64,000 nt of DNA, taken from NCBI GenBank assembly GCA_052426225.1, contig JBNJNM010000010.1:434001-498000 (forward strand), read 5' to 3'. The notes under the pieces are model-generated. The model was not told where the DNA came from and did no database searches. It was given only the letters and a program-made list of their open reading frames with translations. Of the stretch, positions 34,615-48,800 are shown in pieces (the first letter of the stretch is position 1; each line of letters begins with the position of its first letter). This DNA is from Zancudomyces culisetae HAW-14-8 (lineage: Eukaryota; Fungi; Kickxellomycota). A program made the position numbers and the translations under genes.

Positions 34615-36854
34615 ATGAGAAATAGAAAACAAAATGCACAAAATGAAATTCCAGAGCACAAACCAGTGGACCAAGGTGAAGAAAAGGTAGACATAATTCA
34701 GGGTGCTATAAAAAGCTCCAAATACCTGGTAGGGTTGCAGTTTGCAATTAAATTGGTAACATTTATGATCAATCTAATAATTATTCGATTTACAATACGA
34801 GCATACGGGATAATTAACATCAAACTGGAATTTGTATACCTGACCATACTTTTTTTAAGCAGAGAGGGTTTGCGAATAGCAAGTTTAAAAACCAAAAGTA
34901 CAAAGAATATTGTTGAATCTGCGAAACAACCCTTGGTGGATAAAAAAGAAACAAACAAAAAGGGAAACACCGCTAATAAAAATGGTACAAAAAAACAAGT
35001 CAGTTGGGTTACATTTACTCCACTAACTATCGGAATACTTTTGAGTGGAATGTTTATAGCATTTTATAGCGAGAACAATAGTGGAAGTACTAAAAGCCGC
35101 GAGCAACAGGGGATAGTGGTTGGTGTGTGGATGTACTGCATAGCAGCATTGTTTGAACTGGCATCCGAACCGCTATTTTTATATTGCAGGGATAGTATGG
35201 TAATAGAAACCCGGGTAATAAGTGAAATGTTGGCGACGATTGTAAAGGGGATAGTGACTGTTTTCTTGTTGGGTATGGCGGTGTATATAGATATGAGCGA
35301 TGGAGTAGACGAACGAACAATAATAGTGATTTATGGAATTGCACAAATACTGTATTCAGCTACGGTGTTGGTGGGTTATATATACTACAGTGGAAATAAT
35401 TTGGAAATTGATTGGACACCAATAAGTGTTGAACAGATCAAGAGTATAGTGATGTTTAATATCCAAAGTCTTCTCAAACATGTTTTGACGGAAGGAGATA
35501 GAATAATGATAGAAATGTTTGTTACTACAGGAACAGGTGGGAATGTGGGCGGAAGTGGAGAGAAAGAGAGAACGAGTTTGATGAACCAAACAGATAGTGG
35601 TGTTTATGCACTGACGACGAATTATGGGTCATTACCAGCACGGTTACTTTTTCAACCAATTGAGGAAAGTAGTAGAGTAATGTTTAGTAAGTTGGTTGGG
35701 CAAAGAAAGAATAATGATAGTGATGATAGTGGTGGAAATAAAGAGATAGAAAAAGAGAAGGGGAAGGGGAAAGTTGAACATTATAAGGAACGGAATCAAG
35801 TTATGGAATATTTAGGAGTAATGATAAAGTGTTATATAATATTCGGGATATTGGCCATTATGTATATTCCATTATATATTCCAAGGGTATTGCAACTATT
35901 GATGAATAAAGGAGGAGGAGGAGGAGCAGGAGGAGGGAATGAAACTATTGAACTGATGATAGAATCATTGGTGCTATACTTGGGATATTATTTACCGATT
36001 ATGGGGGTCAATGGGATTATCGAGTCGTTTACAATAGTGATTACAGATTTTACCCGAACAACTATTAAAGGGGATAAGAAGCACAAGAAGGAGAGGTTTG
36101 GGGAAGGGAATCGAATGTTGGTGATGATGGTGATATTTTCGGTGTTGTATTGTGGGTTTACATACATTTTATTCAATTATGAGGATAAATTCTATATAAT
36201 TAAGAGTAAGTATATTATAGTATAGTGTGTATAGCGTGTATATGTATATGAATATGTATTTATAACCAAGTGATTTAAGAGTAGTAAAAAAAGTATATTT
36301 GTATAATATTAATGATTATGATTATGATTACGATTATGATTATGATTATGATTATAGAAATTACAGGAGGAAAAAGTAATGGGACAACTAAATTGATAAT
36401 TGCAAACATGTTTAATATGGCAATACGGATAATATATGGTAGTTATGTAATATACCGGTACTTTAGCAAGAGAACTAATGGGACGATGGTGAATCAAAAC
36501 GATAGGATAATTCCAGTCATGATAAAAATGGTTTTACCGAATATCAAAACACTTGTATTATTGTTGGGAAATTATGTAGGATTGATGTATATACTGAGTT
36601 TGAATGGGATGGAGAATGGGCTTAGGAAGGTGCTTGTTGATTTCATGGTTGGGGTTGGAAGTGGGCTGCTCAGTCTTTTGATAATGTAAGAAGATCAAGA
36701 AACTCAATTATATAAACAAATTAGTATATTTATGTATGTATGTATGTATGTATGTATGTATTGATTGATTGTTTGAGTAATTGAAATTTATGAAATGTGC
36801 AAATATAGATATAGGAATGAATGGGAATCAATAAAACAGAGATCCATAGTATAA
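34615..36854 (+). CDS. RFT1: Rft1 Man5GlcNAc2-PP-dolichol translocation protein
   Basis: Exons 34615-36205, 36358-36685 and 36809-36854. Motifs LFLSREGLR, QSLLKHVLTEGD, YALTTNYGSLPARLLFQPIEESSR, MGVNGIIESF and IIANMFNMAIRI. Confidence 0.93.
36311..36355 (+). repeat. (ATGATT)n microsatellite in RFT1 intron 1; (TATG)n at about 36731-36760 in intron 2
   Basis: Direct tandem repeats visible in the sequence. Confidence 0.85.
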
Positions 36855-37181
36855 ATAGAAAACATCTATATATTACCTAGTTTATTCAAAGGATATAGAA
36901 ACAAACGAGAAAGGTTAATTATATTTATTAACATTTGCAATAATATTAAACAATAAACAGTAAAGAAAAATGTACAAGTCAAATATGATAATCTAATAAA
37001 CAATAAACAAAAGGATATAATTAAAAGAAAAGAAAAGGAAAGAAAAAGAAAGAAAAGGAAAGTGTTAATGGTGAAGGGAGGAACTATAACAATGTTATAG
37101 TATGAAGAAAGAAAAAAGAAAAAAAAAAACAAAAATACAATAATAATTATGTAGATGAAAAGATATATAAAAAATAAAGAA

Positions 37182-37975
37182 TTAATTGAGTTTATTTTGT
37201 AAAATTTTCTTTTTGGGATTATTGAGTTTAAAATTGATTAGATTTTGTTTTTTAGGGTTGGAATTGGAATTGGAGTTGGAATTGGAGTTGGAGTTGGAGT
37301 TTGGATTGGGGTGGATTTTGGGTTTGGATTTGAGTTTGGGAGAATCGGAAATAACAGGTGGTGATGTATCACAAGTAACAGGCTTTGGTATAGAAGAAGA
37401 GATCAGTTTAATGGATTTGATTATGGGATGAGGGGGTGATGAGCCCTCTTCATTGTTTGTAAGGATATTTGAAGAGGAAGAGGTAGAGCTGTTATTTTTG
37501 GTAGATACATTGGAATTAGTAGTAGTGGTAGCAATAGCAATAGCAGTAGTAGTAGTGGTGGTAGTGGTAGTGATAGCAGAACGATGTTTAGATATAGCAT
37601 CTTGTAAATCATCTTGGTCATCTAGAGTTTTACGTTTATTGGTTGAAATTAATACAAATGGTTGTTGTTGTTGTTGTTGGCTTTGTTGTTGTTGGTTTTG
37701 TTGATGGTGGTCGTGGTCAATGTTAGTATGAAGAGATGAAGAATCTACAGGGTCCACAGAATCAAAAGAATTTTCATAAACATTTTCAGAAACTGTAGAA
37801 GATTCCAAGTTGGAATCTGTAAAAGGTAATTCAGGATTAATAACAGGGATAACTTTATCATCATCAGAATCAAAATACGCTTCTTCATGATCATTAATTA
37901 CAGAAGAATTCCAAGCACGAGGACCAGCAGAAGTAGCCTTTGATAAAAGCAAGGTGGGATTGGAAGAAGCAGTGT

Positions 37976-38009
<34 letters not shown>

Positions 38010-40118
38010 AGAAGTGGAATTGTTGTTGTCAGTATTATTGTTATTGTCTGGGTTGGCCAATACATTATTATGCAGTTTTAATGCTTCGGCAGCACAAAGT
38101 AGACTGGATTGGTTTTGGTTGTATTTGAGTAAAATGTTTTCAAAGACATGAGTATAGGAGCTAAAAAGATCAAGATCAACACAAGAGGTGGAGATATGAT
38201 TAATGAGGGACTTTATGTTTTCGCTCGAGATATAATCAAAGAACTCCAAACAAGCCGAGTTCAACAAGTTGTAGCGATTGTTTGTGGATTTAAGCAAATT
38301 GTAAATGTCGAGAATAACGTTGTTTTTGACAAGGTATTTGATAAGAAATTCATCACGTAAAGCGACACAGGCACGAATCAAACGTAACGCAGCGAGTTGC
38401 AGTTGTTTGTTGCGAGCATTGAAGATAAGAGCAGAGCGTTTGAGAACATCGGAAGAAAAGATGAAGTGGCGAGTTCGAAAAGTGTGGGATTTGATTGCAA
38501 GAGTGATGAAATCAAGTAGGAACAGATAGACTTGAAATTGAGAATGAGAAATTGAAGTAGAAATGGAGGTGGAGATAGATAAAAGAGGATCCAATAGTTT
38601 AAGAGCATAGTGGTCATAAAACAGATCCAGAAAATCATCCAGATCAGAAGAATCAGAAGCATCACGAGAATCGTCAACAAAGACACTAAGCTCAGAAGGA
38701 GTAGAATCGAATAACAGACGTAAACAGTCAATGCTCAACTGAGGCAGAGGAGAATCAAGCATAGTTATTAAATGGTCGAGTAATGTAAGAGAAGAAGATT
38801 GAGATTGAGATTGAGATTGAGATTGAGCTTGAGATTGAGCTTGAGAATCATTACTATCACTATTACCATCACTATTACCATTACTATCACTATTACTATT
38901 AGCTACTTGATGCAGAATATGAGAACGAACCATCGAGCGTTCACTTTCAAGTACAACCCGAAGAATATCGGCAGCAATAGTGCGAATTTCAGCTGACGAA
39001 TGAGGTAAAGCATAGTCGAATAGATTCATCAAACCATTATTTCCAAAAGTACGAAATACACCACGACGATATGATTCGGGAATGGTCCGCATTACGCTAC
39101 AGAAATTCTTCATAAAATAAACAACCTGCTGTCTCCGCATGTCATTATCGGTCGAATCGTCTGGTTCGGTTAAAATCGCAAACAACTTGCGCTGGAACTC
39201 TGTATTTTGCTCCAAATACCCAACTATCTCTGTATTATAAAACACTATCAAACTGCCAAGAATCGAGCCGCCAGTCTCATCCAATAACGGCGCAAGCACT
39301 GTCTCTCGAAGAAATTGTAGTCGCACAACTTGGTGAATCTTGGCCTTGATCGTTGGCTCTTCTATTGGAATGATTTCCTTAAATTGCATCTGGCTCTCTA
39401 AAAGCTGTGTATACTTCCCTCGCATATTCTCGTTATGATACTCCATCAGCTCAACAAACCCTCGGTACACCTCTTGTTTTACTATGTATTCGAAAAACGC
39501 TGAATCATTCATCGCCACTATCCGCTTCATAATTCGATATATAATCTGTACACTTTCAGAATCGTCCAACGATTCGCTCATCTCTTTTACCTCCAACATC
39601 TTTTCAATATATTTCTGATCCAGAATAAACGTAACCACCTCATCCCGTCGTCCTATATCTGCATCTCTACTCTCAAGCGCCCTTTCTAGTTCTGGAAGGT
39701 TTCCTATTGTAACTTCGGGTAGCCCAATCGGCTCCTCTTCTCTTTCATGCTCTTCCCCATCCCCTTCCATATACTCCTCATCTTTATCCTCTTCACTTCG
39801 ATATCCATGCTCATATTGTACCTCCCGTATCCTCATCCATACTTCTTGGCACCGATGTGCATCCTGAAAACTTATCGCCATATCTCTATCTCCTGGATCT
39901 GTCCACACTATTAACGATGCCTGTTCTTTTTGATATTTTTCATCCAGCTGAAGTGCGCTATCTAGTATCAACACTGTCTCATCTTCCTCTGAAATCACCT
40001 TTAACTTGTGCTCGTTCTCCTCCTTTATAAAATTACAAAATCCTGTGCCCAAATCCTTCCACTCATTACTGTCTGTTAACTCGTATACTTTTACTCGTGC
40101 TCTTGTTGTCTCTTCCAT
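37182..40118 (-). CDS. PSY2: Protein phosphatase 4 regulatory subunit 3 (Psy2/SMEK/PP4R3)
   Basis: N-terminal EVH1-like RVKVYEL...W.DLGTG and LIVWT....D.AISFQ...C..VW; KIHQV.RLQFL; RYNLLNSACLEFFDYI. Long low-complexity tail. Confidence 0.93.
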
Positions 40119-42037
40119 TCCCTCTCTATCTATTTATCTTTCTTTTTTTTTACTTTTTGCCTTTGCCTTTGACTTTGTCTATTAGTTTATCTCCAATTTG
40201 AATGTTTTATTAAAAAAAAACCTTTTACTATTCTTCAAACTCGTTTCTTTTTTTTTTCTTCTTCCTTTTTTCACAAACTTTGTAAATCAACCAAAAATCG
40301 AATTGAAAACTGATACTATACTCGTCTTCAAGGTAATTTATTTATTTCCATTTAACCCAAGTTTATTTTCCCTATCTCTTTTGTCTTATCACTTATTATT
40401 CTATTTCTAATTTGCGTTATTGTTGTTTATTTATTTAGCTACTGACTACAAGATGATAATTCCAAATATACCAACCGTGTTTTCAATCTTGCTAAATGGT
40501 TGATATTTTGAATATATTTTCGCTACTTATTTATCCACGAGAGTAAAGAGAACGAGGAGGGGGATAGAGAGTGTGTGTAGATGGGGTACTCTTTCTTACT
40601 TGAATCCTTTTTGTTTGTTTTTTTTTTCGTCTGTATATTTCTATTATTAGGATAAACTAATCTCCTCTCTATTATATTTGCCTTTCAAGTTGTTTGCTTG
40701 TTAGTTTAAAAAATAAAGTTAAATGTGAGTCGAGTACAATCGCGTTGTTTTGTTTCTCCCCTTTTTTTTTCCTTTTCTTTGACACAACTATATTAATTGA
40801 ACATGCTTGAAACGTATAATAATAAAATAATAAACTCTATAAATTTAGTTACAAGGTGTAAAATATATTATTAAGCTTGTATTTGTCCCTATATAGTAGT
40901 TTTATATTATTTCCTGACTATAACACTAGTAATAATATATATTTTTTATAAACCAAAAAAATAAAATGTTTCATTGTGTTCTTTTTATTTTATGCAATGC
41001 AGTCGAAATTATCAAATTCATTTTTTCTTTAAAAAAAAAAATAAAATAATAATAATAATAACACAAAAAATGGGTCGCCTCTTTTTTAAAAACACCCTAT
41101 TTTTTTAAAAGTATAAAAAAAAATTGATTGATTTTTATTCCACCTATTTCTATTATACTTTTTTTAATTTATTTGTTTATTTTAATTTTTCAATTACTAG
41201 TTTTATAATGCGTGAAATTCAACATTTATTTATTGGAAAAAAAAATGCAACTATATTCGTGATTATATTTAATCAAGCTTATTTTCCTGCTAATATTTTT
41301 ACCTTTTCGATTATACAGTATTAATAAAATTAATCATAATTATTTTTTTTACTTATATAAATTTAAAATTTTTTTATTTTATTGACGTCAAAACATTCGC
41401 GAATCTCATAAATTACAATCGTCATACAAATAAAAGAATAATAAAAAATCACCACTCATCCAACCAAATCCACCACTTTTCCTGTTAACAATTCACCATT
41501 CATCATTCACAATTCACCATTCACCATTCCCTCTTCCGCACACTTTCATCAATTTGCTTTTCATCACTTTTTTCTCTGTATCCAAAGCAAATTAAATTAA
41601 ATTAAATTAAATAAAACAAACCTCGTACAAAATATTCGATTAGTAATAACCCTCTCCTTCTACCAACTTTTTTTTTATTATTATCTTTTTTTATTTTATT
41701 TTCTAATCATAATTATCACTTTTGGATTTCTCTTATAAAAATGATTCATCATTATTTAATCGAAAAAATAAAGGAACCTTATTACCTAAAAAAATAATAT
41801 ACGAATTTTGATTGAAATAAATCACTTGTAGAAAAATAGAAGGTGAGAATCTTTTTTATACCATACTTTCTTCATTAACTACTACCAAGTCTAAGTAAAA
41901 AATAAAAATAAAAATAAGCATAAAATGTATATAACTAGCTCTTTCTATCTAATGTGGCAATTCTAAAACTGAGTTGAATTATATTGTATTGTATTATACT
42001 GTACTGTATCATAGTAATCAAACCAAATCAAATCAAA

Positions 42038-45000
42038 TCAAATCAAACCAAGATAAAACTGTCTAGTAACTTTGGCATCAATATTCGTCACATTCACAAC
42101 TACTTTACCATTATTTCCCTCATAGAATCGGTGATTACTCGTTAACAGCTTGTAGATCCCATACACTGAACATACGCCTATCCCATGACCCTTTCCTGTT
42201 GAATATGACTGATTTCCAGTTATTATATACCCAATAGTTGCTGCTTGACCAGGGAATGAACATTTTTGAGATCTGGGATTGGAGTTGGAATTGGGGTTGG
42301 GATTGGAGTTGAAATCCACAGATGCAGGGTGTTTTTTAACAAATGTTGCCTTTTCATCAGAGCCAGAATCAGAGTCAGCATCAGACTCAGCATCAGACTC
42401 ACTATCAGAGTTAGAATCAACTATTTCTGTTGGATAAGAAAAAGAAATTGCAGCATTAGGTTTTGGAACACCCTTTTGTTTAGATTCCAAAGTTACCAAT
42501 ACCAAACAACGCTTCATCAACTCTACGATCAAATCATCGTTGGGTTGGTTAATATTTGTATTATTGATAGTGCTTTGCAATTTAAATTGATCAAGTTTAT
42601 CATTTAACCTCAAAACTAATGGTGCAATCCAGCTTTTGAAATTCGGAACTGGCACATTTTTCGAATTTGCACTCAATTGTAAAGTGGTTGTAATTATAGA
42701 TTCCAAATACCGGATTTCGGATTGCAACACGAGTAACCAGGGACCGTCATCCAAACCTACCGATTTTAAATCTTTTACATCTTGACTTGGTTGATGGCTG
42801 TCATCACTATTAGGCTTTTCAAGTGTGGATTTTTCTGTTTGGATCACTCTTATTACCTCATTAGATTCAATAGTATTTGATTTGTTTTTTCGAGTCTTGG
42901 TAATAAGTTCAGTCAATGAAAATGCACTCAGTTCTGGTGGCTCCTTACAACCAACCAGCGAGTTAATTGGTGGGTAGAATGGATATTCCACCCCATTTTT
43001 GACATAGTTTTCTCGTTTACCCTTTGGCTTTCGGGACCAAATCTCAAACTTGTTTCGAGCAGACATGTTGTATTCCTTAATTAGCTTTAGAAATTTTTTA
43101 TCCTTGATCAATTTGCCATTCCCTTTCTTATTGTTATTTCCAGCATCACTATTTACAAAAGTCGTGTTGATAGTGTTGATATATTCCGAATTTGTAAATC
43201 CACCCGTTTGTAGATATTCATTATAAGCACCAGTGGTTGCCCACTCACTAGGGAATGTGGGTAACCCACTTTCAAACAACAAGAGAGATTGCTCCTTTAG
43301 CCCAATAGCTCTTCCTCCCCCAAATACTAGTGACTTCCAAAAATCCAGCACAAACCCACTTGGACATATCAATGTCCATCCAGATACACAATCCCGATTT
43401 GCTCTTTTTCGTGCTGAAACACCCAAATCACAACTATCACTGTCACTATCATTATTACCATTACCATTACCATCACCATCACCATCATCATTCTTACTAT
43501 CTACATCTACATTTGTAGTCGCGGTTGTGGTTGCTACTGTCGTTAAATTCGAAACTTGTGAACCCACAAAACTCGATGGTCCTCTTCGAATTAATATAAT
43601 AGGAATGTTGATATCATTGGGTCCTGGCTGTAACTTGGTTCCTGGAACAAGTTGTTTGGATCTTCTCTGGTTTAACTGTGCTTCGGTTTGCTTATTTTCT
43701 ACAAGTTTGTTTATATACTCAACCGACCAAATTCCATTATTTTCAATACTCTTCTCAGGATCATTAGAATATCCTTGTATAGCATTGTATACGTCTTCGA
43801 TATTTGTTTGATCTGTATCTTTATCCATATCTGCATTGTTGTTATTGTTATTGTTATTGTTATTGTTATTGTTATTGTTATTGTTATTATGTACCGGATC
43901 AACTAACTTTTGTGGAAACTTTAATCTAGGATCAATCGTTTCAAGATTTATTACAAGACCTTCAGGGATAGATTCATGATCAAACACATTTCCCAGCAAT
44001 TTCCACACCCTTGAACCATCAACATTCTCTTCTATACGATTCGAGTCATTTATGTTCTCTTGACTACCATCACCAACAGGCATTTCAATAATAGATTGTA
44101 ATAATGTGGTTGAATATTTTCCATATACATCAATTGACATTACATCTAGAGACTTATCAATAACCGACACCCGCATTCCAAGCTCAGTACTGGAAAAAAG
44201 GCAAAACATTTCATACACCTTTTGTGTTATTGATGGATGTAGTCGAACCCACACTACGGATTTTTGTTCATCATTTTCTATTATTTCTTGGCTTTGCTCT
44301 GATTTATTGGTATTAGAAACCGTTCTTTTAGGTCCCCATATTACTACACATGGCCCAATACATTTTGTTGGATCGTTCCGTTCATATAACACTAGCGGTA
44401 ATTCCTTGGATCCGTTGGTATACATTTTCGCAGAAAGCTCACTTTTTTGAAATGTAAACTTTCCAAGTAATTCAATAATCTCATTACTAGCTCCAACTAA
44501 CTCTAGAGTACTCATAAATGAAACATCATGAATCATCGATTTGTATAATGAAAGATACGTAGCTCTATGACTCTTTGAATTTGGTGTTTCGGCAACCATA
44601 ATTCCCCACTTTTCTATCATTCTCATCCGCTTTGTATGCCAAACATGTGTTTCCAACCATCGTTTTTTCCCCTCTTGTCTTGCCATATACTTTTCTCTGG
44701 CTTTAATATTTAGCCCTTGTTTTTGTTTTAAAAGTTTTCGTTTATGTACCCGATTTTTATCTTTACTCTCACCACCACCACCACCACCACCACCACCACT
44801 ACCACCACTACCACCATTGGCTTGTGTTTGATTCTTTGTAGAAAGTGGCAGGTTTTCATATTCTGACTTTGCTCTATTTCGTAGTCTTTTTGGCACTCTT
44901 TTGATATTATGACTAGCTGCCCGCCTTCGTAAATGTCGCGGTAATGTTTGAAATACTCGAGCATTACTTGCCAATCTATAAAAATTGTTTGTTTGTTTTT

Positions 45001-45168
45001 TTTCAATTAAAATATGTTTTATTATTATTATTATTATTATTATGATTAGTTTATTAAAATCTATTTAAATAACACCTACTTTGACTGTTCCATTGCCCTT
45101 TTCATGGCAGTTATTTCAAACGCTCTACTTTCCACAAAGTTTTCTACTTGAACTAATCTTGGAAGCAT
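42038..45168 (-). CDS. POP1: RNase P/MRP subunit Pop1
   Basis: Exon 45168-45080 (FVESRAFEITAM) plus 44975-42038. Motifs FQTLPRHLRRRAASHN.KRVP.RLR, WLETHVWHTKRM, GWTLICP.G....FW and IGYIITG..S...G.G. Confidence 0.95.
43835..43890 (-). repeat. (AAT/AAC)n repeat encoding poly-Asn in POP1
   Basis: (ttgtta)n on the + strand; long Asn run in the translation. Confidence 0.9.
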
Positions 45169-45309
45169 ATCTATATTTTTCAATACCAAGATTTTTAAGT
45201 TTATAATTTTGTTTTTGGAAGCTGGGAAGAAAAAAAATGTATAACCAAAAAAAATTAAACTTGCCTGGATTCTGAACTTGAACAGAATGATACTGTTGTC
45301 TTTTTGCTG

Positions 45310-45348
45310 TTATATTATATTATATTATATTATATTATATTATATTAT
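45310..45348. repeat. (ATATT)n microsatellite upstream of POP1
   Basis: About 8 tandem copies. Confidence 0.85.
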
Positions 45349-45896
45349 AGTTTCATTAGGGTCCATTTTTCTTTATATATTATTCCAAAATCTTTATACA
45401 AAAACGAAATTTTCAGAAAGGTAAAAAAATTAAAATAAGCTATAATTCTAACTTGCCTTTTTTCTTTTCTCGTCCTTTGAGCTGAGAGAAATCATTATTT
45501 CGTTTACTCATTTTTGTTGAGTGTTATCGTTATTACTTCTATTATAGTTTTCAAGATTTAAAACAAATCAATTGTATATTCATTAAGTTCCAAACAAGAA
45601 AAATACAATAAATCAAATTGCGCTTTTTTAAAAAATCGCAGTTCTGGAACTTTTAATGAATTTTTAAAATTTTTTTTATTTTCATAATTAATTTTAGGGT
45701 TTAGCAACATAAAGATCCAACATCATATACCACAAATATTGATTTATAGTCTTGATCAGAAAAAACATGATTGCAATAAATAAATAAAATAATGCAAATA
45801 GTAAAATATAAAGTTAGTACAAAAAAAAATAATACTACATTATAATGGGGCGAAATCAAAAACTAAAAGAAGAGGGGGGAGTTCATGTGATCGAGA

Positions 45897-48800
45897 TTAA
45901 ATGGTTTTTTTTGGCCTTCGAGATCGGGTGTTTTTGTTTGTAGGATTAGCACTGTTCATTGAAATTTTGGTAGATTCCATCATTTCACGTAAAACATGGT
46001 TATTCTTTTCTGTTAATGAAGTCTCCAATTGATGAACAGCTGAAGAAATAGAACCGTTAGGTTTTTCACAAAGATATTCAGATAGCTGTTGCTCGAGAAT
46101 ATTGGGAGGACGGGAATCAAGTTCAATTTGACGCACCTTTTGAGCATTAATAATGGCATCCATACGAGATTCAGAATCAATAGCGACAGACTTGATCTCG
46201 TCCAATAAATGGCGCTTGATGTCGTGGACTATATCATCGTGGTCATGGCCGAGACCAGTGACAACACAATCAGAATTGAAGCCAATTTTCAATAGGATTT
46301 CTTCACTTTTGGATAGCGACTTGCCAGATTTTTGGCGTTCATTACGTAGGTTAATTACCGATTCAAGATTAAAAACGATTTGTTCAAAAGATTGGGAATC
46401 TTGAACAAGCTCTTTCAAACCCCTTTCGACCTTGCTTACAAATGTCTGTTCGGCAACAACATTCTTTAGTTCGCTTTCCCAAATATTTTTCCATTCCTTA
46501 TTGGATTGTGCTGTTTTTTGTGATAAGAATTCGGAATGGGTCTTAGTAAACGAGATGTAGCTCTTGATTGTTTTTATCATTTGAGGCGTTGGAATGGATC
46601 CTCTTTTAACTACATCCTTTTGCATTTCACATAGTAAAGCTTCTGTGTCTTCCATTTTTTTACATAGCTCGTTATACTCGTTTTTGAGGGTTATCATTTC
46701 AGCTTCAATCTCTGCTCGAGGATTCGATTGAATTTGTTGAGTATTTTCCAACTTTTGAGCACTGATGCTAGCCTGTAGCTTGTCTACTTGGGCTTGTTTC
46801 TCAGCAACCAATTTGTTGGAAGTTTCCAGTTGTTTTCTCAAACGCACAATTTCGTTCTCTTTGGATGACTCAACTTCAGTCATTTTTTTACGAAGCTCAG
46901 CAATTGTGTTTTCTCGATCTTCTAATTGGCTTTGAACTGCTTCAAGCTTTTCATTCAACAACCTTTGTGTATTGATTTCAGGCTGGATTCTTTTGATAGC
47001 ATTTTCAGCGTTGATTTCTCTTTTCAGGTCGTCAATAGTAATAATACTGGATAATTTTTCATCCAAAAGACAAGCTACAGAATTAGTAAGAGATGAATTT
47101 AGGTTGGATAGCTGATCAGAAATTTGGTCAAAAGTCTTTTCTAGCTCTACAACATGTGAGCCTCGTTGTTCCTTTGAGATTGCTACACTTTCTTTTATGG
47201 GCCATTTGACAATACTGTTTTCGCGTAATTCAGAATAATCTTCTAGCTCATAATAAATTCCAGCGCTTTCGCTCTTCAGTAAAAATGTGGGAACAGATTC
47301 GTTGGTAATGCTGATATTTTTAAGTTCGTTGATATATTTATCCCTAAACAAATTGGCTATGCCTATTCTGGATGGATATCCAATAAATGTTGCTTTTTTG
47401 ACACGGTTGTTATATACTAAAAACAGATTATTGATTACAGTTGAATTGCCTGAAGCTTCCAACGATATACTTTTTCTGTCCTTTCTTTTCTTTTGTGCCG
47501 CAAGAACAACGTTTGCTTTGACTTTGGGGTTCTCTGTATCTGCTAAACTCATGACTGAAATGCCTCTGCTAAGCCCCTTCACTGACTCGGATGAAATTCT
47601 GGTTATGCTTTCTCTAGAATTTGTCATTGAGTTCGCACTACTAATATCGACCTCATCTCTTCTATTCATCTTTTCATCACTCCCACTTTTACTTTCTTCG
47701 CTACTCTCCTCTTTTTCTCTTTCTTTTTCTCCTTCCCCTTCCTCACCTTCACCTTCTCCCTCTTCCTCTGCTACTACTTGCTCATATCCTATTTTCACGT
47801 CAGCCTTTTTTTCTACATTATGTAGCTGACTTCTCCTTCTCAATGGCTTGAGCTTGGGTGTTCCTACTACCAATCGTGCTTTCAACAATCCACACTCCTC
47901 TTCTGGCACTGCTTCCTTTTTCACACACTCGGCTTTGTGCATTTCATTCCCTTCGTGTTCATTTTTCGTCACAGAACTTTGTGTGAGTGAAAACCCGTCC
48001 AGCTCAAAGATGTTTACATTATCAGTATTATCTACCTTTTCTTTTGCCATTGGAATTTCCTCCTCATTTGACAAAACATCTTTTTCCTTTTCTTCTTTTT
48101 CTTCTTTTTCTTTTTCCTTTTCTTTTTCTTCTTTTTCTTGCTCCTGTACCAACTGTTCCTTTTCTTGTACGTTTTTTAGATCTTCGTAAATTTCGAGCCC
48201 TTTAAATGTACAAGAAAATGGTGTCATTTTCTTATCTGTAATCATAAATTCTGTACCACCCATTTGCTCTTCCTCTTCTTTTTTTTCTTTCTCTTGGTTC
48301 TCACTATAAATATCGCTTTGTTGCTTATCTTCATCAAAAGTAAATGCCGTCTCTTCACTTCTACGCTCTTCTACCTCCTCAATTTTTTCACTCAACTCTG
48401 TCACCTTTTCATTTTTCTCCTTCTCTTCGTTTCTCAGTACTGACTTTTCTTCTTCTGTCCCTTCATCAATAACTTTCTCGCTACTCAATCTCGACCTTCG
48501 TTGATTTTCAACTTTATTTCTGTTTAGTTGACTTGGAATATCAATTGCCTTCACTATAAGGACCTCACCCAAGCTATTAGGTAAGTCAACCAAGCTCCCT
48601 TCTGTATCACACTCATTAACGCTACCACCACTTGGTGACTTTTGAACTATATTGTTTCCAAACAATATTCCTCGATAGTCCTTAATTCCAGATATCACAT
48701 TTGATCCATAATCATACGAATCTGCACTTCCTGTTGGCGTGATCGTAAATGTTCCAGATTCTGGTGTGCTACCACTTCTATACAATGCTTTTTGAGTTTC

